A DNA stretch of 64,000 nucleotides, from IMG/VR virus record IMGVR_UViG_3300020048_006428, positions 119,178-183,177 of that record; one strand, written 5' to 3'. Below, in pieces: positions 30,489-40,971 of this stretch. Below the pieces are notes generated by a model. The model saw nothing but the letters and a program-made list of their open reading frames with translations. It ran no database searches and had not been told where the DNA came from. The translations under genes were made by a program, and so were the position numbers. The stretch comes from a virus. Its lineage: Duplodnaviria > Heunggongvirae > Uroviricota > Caudoviricetes. Within the stretch, counting starts at the first letter, position 1, and the number at the start of each line of letters is the position of its first letter.

Positions 30489-31072
30489 ATATAAGTATAT
30501 CCTTTTATTTCTTCTGGCAATTCTACCTGTTTATTATAATATTCATTATAATCTTTTAATGCTTCTTCCAATAAGTGTTTAACTATTTTAGAATCCTTTC
30601 TAAGAAAATTATATGTTTCCTGATAATCTAAATATATCTTAACATCTTCATTAAATAAATCTATTATTGGTTCTATTGGATTAGAAAAATATAAAAAATT
30701 TCTACCAACAACTTTTTTAGGACCACCATCTAAACTGGTTAATTTATTTCTAGAACAATAAAAATCCCCACCAACTTCTTTAGGACAACCTATTAAACTG
30801 GTTAATTCATTATAAGAACAAATAAAATTTCCACCAACCTCTTTAGGACAACCATCTAAACTAGTCAATTTATTCCAAGAACAATCAAAACTTCCATAAA
30901 CTTTATTAAATTTTAATGGTAATTCAGTTAAACTTCTATCGGATAACCAAACATTCCCATCAACATCAATAGACACATCAGGATTTATTGTATAGTTTCT
31001 AATATTATAGTGTTCACAAATATAATCAATTTCTGATTGATTAAAGTTTTCAAATAATTTCAAGTATTTCAT
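30485..31072 (-). CDS. LRR-family protein, paralog 3 (3 repeats)
   Basis: MKYLKLFENF...FDCSWNKLTSLDGCPKEVGGN...ELPEEIKGYTYI. Confidence 0.85.
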   Translation of the reverse strand: MKYLKLFENFNQSEIDYICEHYNIRNYTINPDVSIDVDGNVWLSDRSLTELPLKFNKVYGSFDCSWNKLTSLDGCPKEVGGNFICSYNELTSLIGCPKEVGGDFYCSRNKLTSLDGGPKKVVGRNFLYFSNPIEPIIDLFNEDVKIYLDYQETYNFLRKDSKIVKHLLEEALKDYNEYYNKQVELPEEIKGYTYI

Positions 31073-31097
31073 ATTTTTATATATTAAAAATCAAATA

Positions 31098-34000
31098 TTA
31101 ATTTCCCCAATTTCCATTGAATACACCATTATACCATATACCAGAATCATATTGACCACCTTCAAATATACCATTTGTCCATAAACCACTTTTCCAATTG
31201 GAATCCTTGAAATAACTAACTATTCTTAATCCAGTTTCAACATCAGAATAACTTGCTGTTGCTATTGAAGCAGGAACTCCCAAACTTGATAAGTTATAAT
31301 TTAAATATAGTTTTGTACTATCTTCTAATTCTAAAATTTCATTTATTCTATATTTCATTGGATTTTCATTATTACCTAAGTATGAAAATGCACCACCTGT
31401 ATAATCATCAATAACCCATATTTCATCACCAATGTTAAATTTGAATATACCATTAATAGTTATTGAATTTGTTGATTGTGATGCAGGTAATATAGCATCA
31501 ACACCAATTATCTGTATTTCTTCCAATATACCACCGTGCCATACACCACTTCTAAAGTCAATATTATAAGCTATACCACCATAAAAATTACCCTTTAACC
31601 ATATACCAGTTTTCCAAATTGAATATTTATGAATATCTGATACAATAGGTATTCCAGTTGAACTATCTATATTCATATATGAATGAAATTCACCATTTAT
31701 CCATTTGCCCCCATTCCAAGTTGATGTTCTACTATTAGTTGATTTAGTACCAAATCTTGATAATAAACCCTTATCATTACCAAATTGTCCATTATACCAT
31801 ATACCATTTTCAAAGTCACCACTTTTAAATGTTCCATCCAACCAATAAGATGGCTTAGAATCACAATTTAATATACCAGATTCCCAATTTCCTAAAACCC
31901 AAACACCACCATAGAAATTACCAGTTTTCCAGTTACCATCATTCCATATTCCATTATACCAATTACCAGTGTTCCAATCCCCATCATATCTTCTACCATC
32001 ATACCAAGTTCCACCATTCCAAATTCCATCAAACCATCTACCACCAAACCACTTAGAAACAGTATTATCAATAAATGATGTATCTATTTTAACACCAATA
32101 ACTTTATAAATAGTATTATACGAATTCCACAATCCATTATACCAATCCCCACCAACCCAAGTTCCTGAATACCAAGTTCCACCAAACCATCTACCACATT
32201 TCCAAGTTCCTGAATACCAAACTAAACCATTTATATCCTTTCCTATTATTGCATTTGATATTTCAGCTTCTAATAACCAAGGGTATAAATTACCTACTTC
32301 TTCCAATGATAAACCATCTACAAATTGGAATCTATATCTTTTCAAGTCTAAATTTATTAAATTATATTTAGAACCATCCAAATCATAATTTTCAGGCAAT
32401 ATTTCAACTGATCTTGTAACTTTTTTATCAATACCATAATCTATTATATCAATAGGTTGATAATTAAAGAATGCATCTTTTTTCAAGAATGATATCTTAC
32501 CAAAGTCTTGAATCAAAGAGTTTACACCAAAATCATTTGATGTTACAACAAAACTATTTCCAGGTGATGACAAAGCATAAATAACTGTCTGTAAACCAAA
32601 ATATTGTGGATTTAATGTTTGTGATGAGTTAGTTCCACCATTAAATTCAACATAGATTAAATCACCTTCAATTAAATCATGTGTCCCATCAATATCAATC
32701 TTTAGTTTATTTGTAAATCCGTTTATAGTTTGTTGTGATGTGCTTAATATTTTATATGTTTTTTCTTCATCTAAATTAAGAATATTCATAGCTATCTGAT
32801 AATTATTATCAGTGTATATTATACCACTTATAAATTGTCTTATATTATAGTCAGATGCCAATACTTTAAAATATGAATCAGTTGGATATTTACTACTCAA
32901 TTCATTTTCTAAACTTGTAAACGTATTTAATAATTGAATTGATTTTGTTATTGATGTTCTTTGTATATTATTCAATAGTTGCAAATCACTACTTATTTGA
33001 GATAATCTATTTCTACTTAAAAAAGCAAAACTATTCACATCAAAACTATTCACAGGAATACCACTTGATACTTCTATTTTTTTATGAAATTCCATAACAT
33101 AACCATCAATTGATGAATCATAATACTTTTTAGTTATTAACATTCTTTCATTTGTTACTTGACCATATGTTGTTGATGTCATATTCAAATCTATAAATGT
33201 ATTCAATAACAAAGAATCCCATTGGAATTTATAATTACTTCCAAATATAACTTTATTTGTTCCACTTCTATACCAACTGTATGTTCCTACTTGTGCTCCT
33301 TCTGATAAATCAATATAAACATTACTTTGTGTAAATGTATTTCCACCATTACCAGGTAAACCATAATATTCAGGCAATATCGTGAATATTGTACTTGATG
33401 TAAAATATACAGGATTTATTTTACCCAAATAATCCAATAAATTATATGTTGGGCTATAACCAAAATTTAAGAAGCTTTCTTCATATACCATATCTTTAGA
33501 TATGACACCAACTTCTATTGTAGATTGCATATTATAATATGCAGTTTTATTATTAAATCTTTGTGATACAGTTACAATACCATTAATTAATTCCAAATCA
33601 TATCCAATAGAAATTGGATGTATTTCATAATTAGTCAATAGATTCGGAATATCACTAAATTTATTTAGATTGTTTATAGTGAATCCAGAATTTTTAAGAT
33701 TTCTTATTATATTGTCGTTAAAATCACTATAACAATATACATATGTTGATAATACTTGACCCGGACCTAAAACAACAGGCCAAAATAATTGCCTGATGCC
33801 CAAACTACTTACAAAAGTATTAGTAATATATCTTTCTATTCTATTTACAACTAAATTACAATCAATAACATCAGAAGTTAAATTTATAACATCACCTTCA
33901 TCAATTGGTAGATTAGTTTTAAATATAATTAAATATTTATTAATTAATGCCCTATAAGAAGTAGAAAACGTCATAGATATAGGAATATCTTCAATAAATT

Positions 34001-36683
34001 TAGAAGCTGAACTTGAAGTAATATTTGGTGCCAATGGAAGTATATCTGAAACACTAATTGATATTTCAGAACTGTTAATAGATGTTCCTGTTCTTGCTCC
34101 ACCTGTAGATGAAAAGGTGCTTGAAAATTCTATTTTATCTGAATCAGATATAGAAGAGTTATATGCAAATGTCTTTTCAGCATCTTTGTAGTAATTTAAC
34201 CAATTTTTTTCACCTGATATATTTTTTATTACAAATGAGCTTGTAAAACTACTTGAACTAAAAGTAACAGAATTAGCCAATCTATAATCGCCACCATCAG
34301 TAAAGAAATTCAATTTTGATGCAACATCATAATCCAAAAATAAAAATCTTGATTTTATACTATCATTAAAAGAAGGATCCAAATCATTGAAATCTAAATT
34401 TATATAATCATCCCTTTTTAATAATGAGTTATTACCACTTATATAAATATTATCATTAGTTAAATATAATTTATTTATATAAAAATCTTTTACTATTGAA
34501 CTTGTTCCACTTGATACATTAATTCCATTATTAATATTAATAATATTAGAAAAATCAACACTATATATTTTATCACCACCAATATATACACTGGAATCAG
34601 TTGGTCTTCTTGATATTGTTTTTATATCAGAGTGTGACTGCGTTGATGAAAAATAAATAAATGATTCATTTGAAATTATGTTATTAACATCATATGTTAT
34701 TATATTATCATTATTAGTTGATATTAGTAAAATTTTACCATTAATAGTTTTTACATCATAAGAATATGTAGTATAAATATAACTTGGTAATACAACACCA
34801 TTTGAATAGTTATAGAATAATTTAGCATTAATTGTATAAGTCGTATTCTTTAAATTACCCTTATCATCAATTGACAAAGATGTTGTAAACAAATCTTTAA
34901 ATACTTGTGTTCCTGGTGTAGTAATACCTATATATTTATAAAAATCATATGTTTGGAATGATAATGGAATTGGCGTATTATTAGAATATAATGGATTAGA
35001 ATAAACAATATTAGAATCTGAATCAATTATTTCTAAAGCAATAAAAAACTGTGATGTATTAAATACAGAATCACCATAATACTTACTATCAATATCTATT
35101 TCAATTCCATAACTATTATAAGAAGAATTGTTATAAACTAAATTATAAGCAAAATCATTAATTGCTTGATTCTTTGATGCAGTTGAACTTATTAAAACAG
35201 TCCAATCTGTTTTGGACATATCGTTTATATCTTCAACTAAAATATATTCATCAATAGAATCCAATTTCTTAGAAACTTTTCTTTTATAAGCAATCCAAGC
35301 TCCAGTTGAATAATTTAATTCTATAAAAACACCAGCTTCACCACCAATATAAGCTTTACTAAAGTCAATATGAGTTACTTTATTATATGAGTAAATATCA
35401 AAATTAGGATATTCTAATTTATTCCAACTATCACCACCATTATTTGTCCAATATATTGTGTTAAATTTACCAACAACAATACCATTTAAATTACCATAGA
35501 AAGAAATTGAAGTTAGATTACTTGTTTCATTCAATTCAATTCTTTTTATAGAAAAGTCATGCTTATTTATCCTTAATAATGTTCCTTCATCACCACATAC
35601 CCAATAATATTTTTCAACTTCATAAATTGATTTAATATTAACTTTATATTTATTACTTATAATAGTAGAATTACTATGTGTAGAAGATGATGATATTATA
35701 TCTTGATTATTTATTATAACACCAAATTCACCAACTGCTATTGTTCTACTTGGTATAGAATATGTTCTTGAATCCAATTCTATATAGACTGATTGTGTTG
35801 AATGGTTTATTATATCATAATAATTTATATCATAAATATTATTATAATCAACTCTATTTCTTAATATCCAATTATGCTTTTCTTCAAATTCAACATTTTG
35901 ACCTTCAGATATCAATGGATAATAACCATTATTCAATCTTTTTAAATGAAATTGCCTTTCTCTATTAACACCACCCATTTTAACACAAACTGAATATCTA
36001 TAAGCATCTTCATATAAATCCAAATCAGTTGTTATAACTAATTTATTATTTGTATATAAATAAACACCATTCTGATTATTATAAAAACTATAAACTTTAC
36101 TGGTTACATTATCACTGACTAAATCATAACTAGAAGTTAGCTCAAAATTTAAGAAATAATCATCAGGATCAACATTAGATGCTAATGTAACTTCTGATTT
36201 TTGATCTTTTATTAAAACTCTATGACCTTCTAATAATTTAATACCATCTATTGTTAGATTTGTATCTACTTGACCAATATTATTTAATTCTGATATAGAT
36301 GCAACATCAACATATAGATAATTATCTAATTGATCATCTATTAATTTATTTGGTGTAAATAAATTCTTTAATGTAAAGGCATTTTCCTTTAAATATTTAT
36401 TATAAAATTCATTTGAATTTGATGCATTCAATGGTAAGGCTGGACCATTTAGAGGTGCATTAATTGCACCACCACCAACTCTAACATAATAGCCTACTTT
36501 ATCAATATCTAAAACATCATATATATTATCCAAACTATTAATTGGTAAATATGTAGCACCACTAAGACATTTAGAATATAAACGAACTTTATCTAAATCT
36601 TGTTTTAAACTATCATAATAGTCCTTTCTAAGTGTATCTTTTTGATTAAACCATTTACCAGTATCAGAATTTCTTGTATACAT
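31098..36683 (-). CDS. Giant putative tail/baseplate protein (1861 aa) with BNR-like propeller segment and C-terminal G-x-W pentapeptide repeats
   Basis: IDGIKLLEGHRVLIKDQ fibre-type motif; VGKFNTIYWTNNGGDSW BNR-like; GTWYSGTWVGGDWYNGLWN repeats. Confidence 0.65.
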   Translation of the reverse strand: MYTRNSDTGKWFNQKDTLRKDYYDSLKQDLDKVRLYSKCLSGATYLPINSLDNIYDVLDIDKVGYYVRVGGGAINAPLNGPALPLNASNSNEFYNKYLKENAFTLKNLFTPNKLIDDQLDNYLYVDVASISELNNIGQVDTNLTIDGIKLLEGHRVLIKDQKSEVTLASNVDPDDYFLNFELTSSYDLVSDNVTSKVYSFYNNQNGVYLYTNNKLVITTDLDLYEDAYRYSVCVKMGGVNRERQFHLKRLNNGYYPLISEGQNVEFEEKHNWILRNRVDYNNIYDINYYDIINHSTQSVYIELDSRTYSIPSRTIAVGEFGVIINNQDIISSSSTHSNSTIISNKYKVNIKSIYEVEKYYWVCGDEGTLLRINKHDFSIKRIELNETSNLTSISFYGNLNGIVVGKFNTIYWTNNGGDSWNKLEYPNFDIYSYNKVTHIDFSKAYIGGEAGVFIELNYSTGAWIAYKRKVSKKLDSIDEYILVEDINDMSKTDWTVLISSTASKNQAINDFAYNLVYNNSSYNSYGIEIDIDSKYYGDSVFNTSQFFIALEIIDSDSNIVYSNPLYSNNTPIPLSFQTYDFYKYIGITTPGTQVFKDLFTTSLSIDDKGNLKNTTYTINAKLFYNYSNGVVLPSYIYTTYSYDVKTINGKILLISTNNDNIITYDVNNIISNESFIYFSSTQSHSDIKTISRRPTDSSVYIGGDKIYSVDFSNIININNGINVSSGTSSIVKDFYINKLYLTNDNIYISGNNSLLKRDDYINLDFNDLDPSFNDSIKSRFLFLDYDVASKLNFFTDGGDYRLANSVTFSSSSFTSSFVIKNISGEKNWLNYYKDAEKTFAYNSSISDSDKIEFSSTFSSTGGARTGTSINSSEISISVSDILPLAPNITSSSASKFIEDIPISMTFSTSYRALINKYLIIFKTNLPIDEGDVINLTSDVIDCNLVVNRIERYITNTFVSSLGIRQLFWPVVLGPGQVLSTYVYCYSDFNDNIIRNLKNSGFTINNLNKFSDIPNLLTNYEIHPISIGYDLELINGIVTVSQRFNNKTAYYNMQSTIEVGVISKDMVYEESFLNFGYSPTYNLLDYLGKINPVYFTSSTIFTILPEYYGLPGNGGNTFTQSNVYIDLSEGAQVGTYSWYRSGTNKVIFGSNYKFQWDSLLLNTFIDLNMTSTTYGQVTNERMLITKKYYDSSIDGYVMEFHKKIEVSSGIPVNSFDVNSFAFLSRNRLSQISSDLQLLNNIQRTSITKSIQLLNTFTSLENELSSKYPTDSYFKVLASDYNIRQFISGIIYTDNNYQIAMNILNLDEEKTYKILSTSQQTINGFTNKLKIDIDGTHDLIEGDLIYVEFNGGTNSSQTLNPQYFGLQTVIYALSSPGNSFVVTSNDFGVNSLIQDFGKISFLKKDAFFNYQPIDIIDYGIDKKVTRSVEILPENYDLDGSKYNLINLDLKRYRFQFVDGLSLEEVGNLYPWLLEAEISNAIIGKDINGLVWYSGTWKCGRWFGGTWYSGTWVGGDWYNGLWNSYNTIYKVIGVKIDTSFIDNTVSKWFGGRWFDGIWNGGTWYDGRRYDGDWNTGNWYNGIWNDGNWKTGNFYGGVWVLGNWESGILNCDSKPSYWLDGTFKSGDFENGIWYNGQFGNDKGLLSRFGTKSTNSRTSTWNGGKWINGEFHSYMNIDSSTGIPIVSDIHKYSIWKTGIWLKGNFYGGIAYNIDFRSGVWHGGILEEIQIIGVDAILPASQSTNSITINGIFKFNIGDEIWVIDDYTGGAFSYLGNNENPMKYRINEILELEDSTKLYLNYNLSSLGVPASIATASYSDVETGLRIVSYFKDSNWKSGLWTNGIFEGGQYDSGIWYNGVFNGNWGN

Positions 36684-36714
36684 TTCTTTAATAATTTTTT
36701 AATATATTATATAT

Positions 36715-36746
36715 AAAAAAATGGTCTACAAGTGTAGACCATTTTT
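36715..36746. terminator. Intrinsic terminator after phoH
   Basis: AAAAAAATGGTCTAC-AAGT-GTAGACCATTTTT. Confidence 0.8.
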
Positions 36747-36748
36747 AA

Positions 36749-37528
36749 TTAATTTTTATATTTCCATTTTTCATATTTTTCAACAACACTAATAAGAAAC
36801 TTATTCCTTACAATGTCTTCTATACCAAATTTAAAATTATAAACGTCATCAACGTCTTCCATCAATCGTATAAAGTCTAAGAAGTTAGAATCTTTTGCTT
36901 TAACATCATATTGGGAAACGTCACCCATCATCATAGCTTTTGAGCCTTCCCCTAATCTTGTGACCCATAACATTATCTGTGACATATTACAATTCTGTAC
37001 TTCATCAATTAACAACAATGATCTATCATAACTTGCACCCCTCATAAAAGCAAGTGTTTCAACTTGTATAGCACCAATTGTCATAAACCATTCAAAGTTA
37101 ATTTTACCCATAATCTTTTCAAATGTAGTAAAATAACTCTTCATGAACGGTGACACCTTTTCTTCTAAAGAACCCTTAAGATAACCAACATCTTCCCAAG
37201 AAGTCTGTAATGGTTTTGTTAATATTATTTTATCAATTTTACCATCTGCCAAAAGTGAAAGTGCTGTATAACAAGCAGTATAAGTTTTTGATGTTCCACT
37301 TGGTCCATGACATATAGTCAATGTATTATTTCTAATACCTTTAAATAATTCTGTTTGTTTAGGTGTTAATTCTATATTATATTTTTGAAACTCTTCCTTT
37401 GTTAGCTTTTTCCTACTTGGTTTTTTTCCATTTTGGTATTCTTGAAGTTCTCTATTAAGTTCCCTATTCATTTCATCGTTAGATGTTGATTGATTCCTTG
37501 ATTGTTTACTTTTTGGTTGTCTTGACAT
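36749..37528 (-). CDS. phoH: PhoH-family ATPase
   Basis: LTPKQ, GPSGTSKT, GYLKGSLEEK, LAFMRGASY, IDEVQN, TRLGEGSK, GDVSQYD. Confidence 0.93.
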   Translation of the reverse strand: MSRQPKSKQSRNQSTSNDEMNRELNRELQEYQNGKKPSRKKLTKEEFQKYNIELTPKQTELFKGIRNNTLTICHGPSGTSKTYTACYTALSLLADGKIDKIILTKPLQTSWEDVGYLKGSLEEKVSPFMKSYFTTFEKIMGKINFEWFMTIGAIQVETLAFMRGASYDRSLLLIDEVQNCNMSQIMLWVTRLGEGSKAMMMGDVSQYDVKAKDSNFLDFIRLMEDVDDVYNFKFGIEDIVRNKFLISVVEKYEKWKYKN

Positions 37529-37577
37529 ATTTAATGTTATTTTTTAATATTTATTAAATATAATAATATCCCTTTAT

Positions 37578-37616
37578 AAAAAAAAATCCAACTAATTTTT
37601 TAGTTGGATTTTTTTT
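37578..37616. terminator. Intrinsic terminator after argS
   Basis: A9-TCCAACTAA-TTTT-TTAGTTGGA-T8. Confidence 0.8.
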
Positions 37617-37623
37617 ATTAGAC

Positions 37624-38808
37624 TTATACTTTATCAATTGAAAACATACCAAGTGTTTCCATACCCAATTTTAAATCTGATATTAAATCAGAAAATATTT
37701 TAATATTTTCTTCATTATTCTTTATATAATGTGTCTCATACATCTTATTTATCATCTTACAATGTTCAACCAATGCTGAAAATAAAATCTGTGGTGATAA
37801 CAAAACCTTAGATTTCAAGTCACAAAATTGTAAATTTTTAGATGTATATTCTTTTTTATCAAAAGTTTCAACTCCACAACTTTTTATGTGTGCCATTGTA
37901 TATGATAAATATAAACCCATAGATTGTTTTGGATTATCTATGATATCCATATTAATATTTTTGGCTGTTTCAGGTGCGCTTTTTAATATAAAACCCGCAA
38001 TAACATTATATACCAATTTTATATTATTATCAAATTTAACCATCAAAGAATCAATAAAATCATTTAGCATAATAACGTTACCTTCTGATGAAGACATTTT
38101 TTTACCACCAAGATTGACCAATCCCAAACCAATATGTTTAACTTTTGGAAATAGTTTACTAAGTGTTTTAAAATGATTACTTTGTTCAACACCAGTTAAA
38201 TATAATGTTTCTGCATCAAGGTATTCAGCTAAAGCAACATCTTGATAAAAATATGTTGTACTACCATTATTTTTAATTCCAACTATTTTTTCATCATCAC
38301 CAATTTCAAATACTTTAGTTCCTGTATATGACTCAACACCATCTGATAAAAGATTAGAATTTTTTATTTTCATATCAGATGCATAAAATTTATCAGATAC
38401 TTTATAATCAAATGTTTTACATATTTTATCATATTCAACTAACGCATCATATTTTGTCACAACACCATTTAGTGTATCTCCTAAAATAGCTATAAATTTT
38501 TCACCAATATCCATATGTTGTAAAGCATTAGCGATTACAAGATTTGATACGTGTCCAATATGTAGATGTTTATTTAGATTTGGCGAAAATCCATCAACAT
38601 ATTTAAATGTGTTTGGGTTTTCAAAAGCTTCACAAACGTTGAAACTATCAGTTGGATAAATATTTGTGAATTTACCAGATATTTCTGATTTCAATCCCCA
38701 ACATTCAATCCATTTTTCAAGTTCTGTATCTGGTTCACCAAAAATACAAAATCCCCAATTTCCAATATTATTGGGTATAATCTTAACTTTATTTATATCA
38801 ATTTTCAT
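37624..38808 (-). CDS. argS: Arginyl-tRNA synthetase, compact (about 394 aa)
   Basis: FSPNLNKHLHIGH (HIGH), YFYQDVA, GVEQSNHF, KKMSSSEGNVI (KMSKS), GLYLSYTMAHIKS anticodon-domain helix; start moved from 38949 to 38808 because the track start overlaps a terminator and the ligase gene. Confidence 0.8.
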   Translation of the reverse strand: MKIDINKVKIIPNNIGNWGFCIFGEPDTELEKWIECWGLKSEISGKFTNIYPTDSFNVCEAFENPNTFKYVDGFSPNLNKHLHIGHVSNLVIANALQHMDIGEKFIAILGDTLNGVVTKYDALVEYDKICKTFDYKVSDKFYASDMKIKNSNLLSDGVESYTGTKVFEIGDDEKIVGIKNNGSTTYFYQDVALAEYLDAETLYLTGVEQSNHFKTLSKLFPKVKHIGLGLVNLGGKKMSSSEGNVIMLNDFIDSLMVKFDNNIKLVYNVIAGFILKSAPETAKNINMDIIDNPKQSMGLYLSYTMAHIKSCGVETFDKKEYTSKNLQFCDLKSKVLLSPQILFSALVEHCKMINKMYETHYIKNNEENIKIFSDLISDLKLGMETLGMFSIDKV

Positions 38809-38890
38809 ATAGCTTTTATTTTTATTACGTAAATATAAGAATAATATTATAGAAAAAAAAATTTTTAATATAAAAAATAGTTGAAGATGG

Positions 38891-38931
38891 AAAATAAAAA
38901 AGGATGTCATTATGACACCCTTTTTTATTTT
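38891..38931 (-). terminator. Intrinsic terminator after the RNA ligase
   Basis: Minus-strand RNA AAAAUAAAAAAGGGUGUCA-UAA-UGACAUCCUUUUUUAUUUU (one G-U pair). Confidence 0.7.
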
Positions 38932-40018
38932 AGTTAAATTCTTCACCACTTTCTTTATAAGCAGGATTTATAATTTTCAATCTAAGTTTTGTACCATCTT
39001 TAGCATATCTATCAATATATGGTCTTAAAACAACACCCTCTCTTATATGAAGTTCTTTCCCAGAAACCAATTCTTTTCCCTTACAAAGATCAACAATCTC
39101 TTTAGGAAGCATATATTCAAACTTTGTTTTGTGTATTCCATTTTCAGGATCAGAATATATAACAACTTCTTTCTTATCAAGATTCAACACACCATCAAAT
39201 ACAATTGGAACCCAAAGTGGTTTAAAATCTTCTGGAACCATATCATATGGTATTGATACGCTATTTACACGAATATCAAATATTCTTACAGTTGGTTTAT
39301 TTTGACCATAACTATAACCAGCTTGAATAGGAATTACTTCACCAAAAATTTGGACAACAACATCTTTAAAATTAGCTTTAATTTTTTCAACCAATTTATC
39401 ATTTCTACAAGCAATCCAATAAGTGTTTTCTTCACTTTCTTCAATTACAAGACCACTTTTAAGCAATCCTTTTGAACTTACCAATGTTTTATCATTAAGT
39501 ATATCATATGCTAAAATATTTTGACTGCCGTGCAGCTTTTCAGAAATAATTACTCTTTCACCATCAACTAAGTCATTAACATATATGTTTGCGTGTTCAC
39601 AATCATGACTACCAATAAAAGGCATATCAAATGTTTTAACTTTTCCTGAAAGTTGTTGTGGAATAGGTGGTTCGTATTTAACAATACCCAACATTTCAGA
39701 AATATCTTCACCAACTTGAATAGATTCAAAATTATCAATAAGATGTGGTGGTATGATAATACCACAAGATATTTCACCACGCAATCTAATTGATTTTACT
39801 CTATCCTTAGATTTACCTGATAAATATTTTTCATATTCGCCTTTAAGAGCACCACTAAGTATAGATTTTTCAGGTGCGAAAATAACTTCATCACCATCAT
39901 TATACATACCTTTTTGTACAACTACTTGATAAGATCCAACCTTACCTATTTGTAATGCATCTGCATTTGGGTGAACAAAAAGTTCTATTTTTTCTTTTGA
40001 AACTTTGAAATTACTCAT
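38930..40018 (-). CDS. ATP-dependent RNA ligase (Rnl2 / DRB0094-like) with N-terminal OB-like domain
   Basis: HPNADAL N-domain; nucleotidyltransferase motifs SEKLHGS (I), IFGEVI (III), IFDI (IIIa), REGVVLR (IV), LKIIN (V). Confidence 0.88.
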   Translation of the reverse strand: MSNFKVSKEKIELFVHPNADALQIGKVGSYQVVVQKGMYNDGDEVIFAPEKSILSGALKGEYEKYLSGKSKDRVKSIRLRGEISCGIIIPPHLIDNFESIQVGEDISEMLGIVKYEPPIPQQLSGKVKTFDMPFIGSHDCEHANIYVNDLVDGERVIISEKLHGSQNILAYDILNDKTLVSSKGLLKSGLVIEESEENTYWIACRNDKLVEKIKANFKDVVVQIFGEVIPIQAGYSYGQNKPTVRIFDIRVNSVSIPYDMVPEDFKPLWVPIVFDGVLNLDKKEVVIYSDPENGIHKTKFEYMLPKEIVDLCKGKELVSGKELHIREGVVLRPYIDRYAKDGTKLRLKIINPAYKESGEEFN

Positions 40019-40269
40019 ACTTTATTTTTTAATTTATTAAATTTTTTCTCAAGTGAATTAATTACTTTTACACCTTGTCTAATGGACTTTTTGGATTTTC
40101 CAGTGTTTTGGCTATATGAATGATCAAAAAACATATAATCTTCATTATATGAAGTTTTAAACCAATGATAAACAAATTTATTTGGTAGACAAAAGCCATA
40201 TAATCCATTTTCACAAACCAAATTATATTTTAATAATTCTAACGCTTCTTTAAATTCTAAAAGTGTCAT
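40015..40269 (-). CDS. Small hypothetical protein
   Basis: 84-aa ORF, ATGA-coupled to the ligase. Confidence 0.55.
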   Translation of the reverse strand: MTLLEFKEALELLKYNLVCENGLYGFCLPNKFVYHWFKTSYNEDYMFFDHSYSQNTGKSKKSIRQGVKVINSLEKKFNKLKNKV

Positions 40270-40322
40270 ATTGTTATGTTTTTATTATCATTCAATACCA
40301 CATAAACAAAGAAGTTTATTTT

Positions 40323-40546
40323 TTAGTTCCCTAAAATCATATTAATTCTTTCATCCCTTACATAAACTAATAAATCTTCTATTTTTATTTTATATAAAGA
40401 ATTATACCAAATATTCCATTTTGGATCCATTTTAGAAGCAATATTAACACGATATTCATATCAATCATATTAACAACATAATATTTATTTTCTGGTCTTT
40501 CTTGTTCTATATCAAGTATAGCTTTAATTAGTAAATTTGTATCCAT
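40323..40546 (-). pseudogene. Probable small gene with a 1-nt frameshift (or assembly error)
   Basis: MDTNLLIKAILDIEQERPENKYYVVNMID joins, after a shift near 40465, YEYRVNIASKMDPKW...YVRDERINMILGN*; span is 224 nt. Confidence 0.4.
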
Positions 40547-40565
40547 ATTATTTAATATATAATTA

Positions 40566-40916
40566 ATGAAATATTTAAAAAAATTTAATGAAAGTTCAAA
40601 CTATGAATTATCATCACAACATGATAAAGAAATTTTTTATAAAAAATATAATAGTTTAGATTTTAACAAAAATGAAATAAATGAAATAAAGGCTATTATG
40701 GCTAATTTCAATTTCTTTGAACATAATTTAACTAAATGCTTTTTATTTACAAGAGAAATAAAAAATTCAAGTGAAAAATCTGAAATTTATATTACAAAAT
40801 ATGAAGATTATTGGTTTTATCTAAGCTATTATAAAAACTATAATTCAAATGCAATTGTATATAAATGTGATCAATTAAATGGATTAATTGAATGCTTAAA
40901 ATATATACTACAATAA
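40566..40916 (+). CDS. Hypothetical protein with N-terminal tag (MKYLKKFNES)
   Basis: ORF; TTTAATATATA at 40551. Confidence 0.7.
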   Translation: MKYLKKFNESSNYELSSQHDKEIFYKKYNSLDFNKNEINEIKAIMANFNFFEHNLTKCFLFTREIKNSSEKSEIYITKYEDYWFYLSYYKNYNSNAIVYKCDQLNGLIECLKYILQ

Positions 40917-40971
40917 GATATAAAAAGATTAAACTATTTAATATATAAATAAAAGATTAAATAGTTTTAAA

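Noticed and set aside
38809-38949. Hydrophobic N-terminal extension on ArgRS
   Set aside because: It is read through a terminator hairpin, a promoter-like AT tract and the ligase stop, so it is most likely an ORF-calling artefact.
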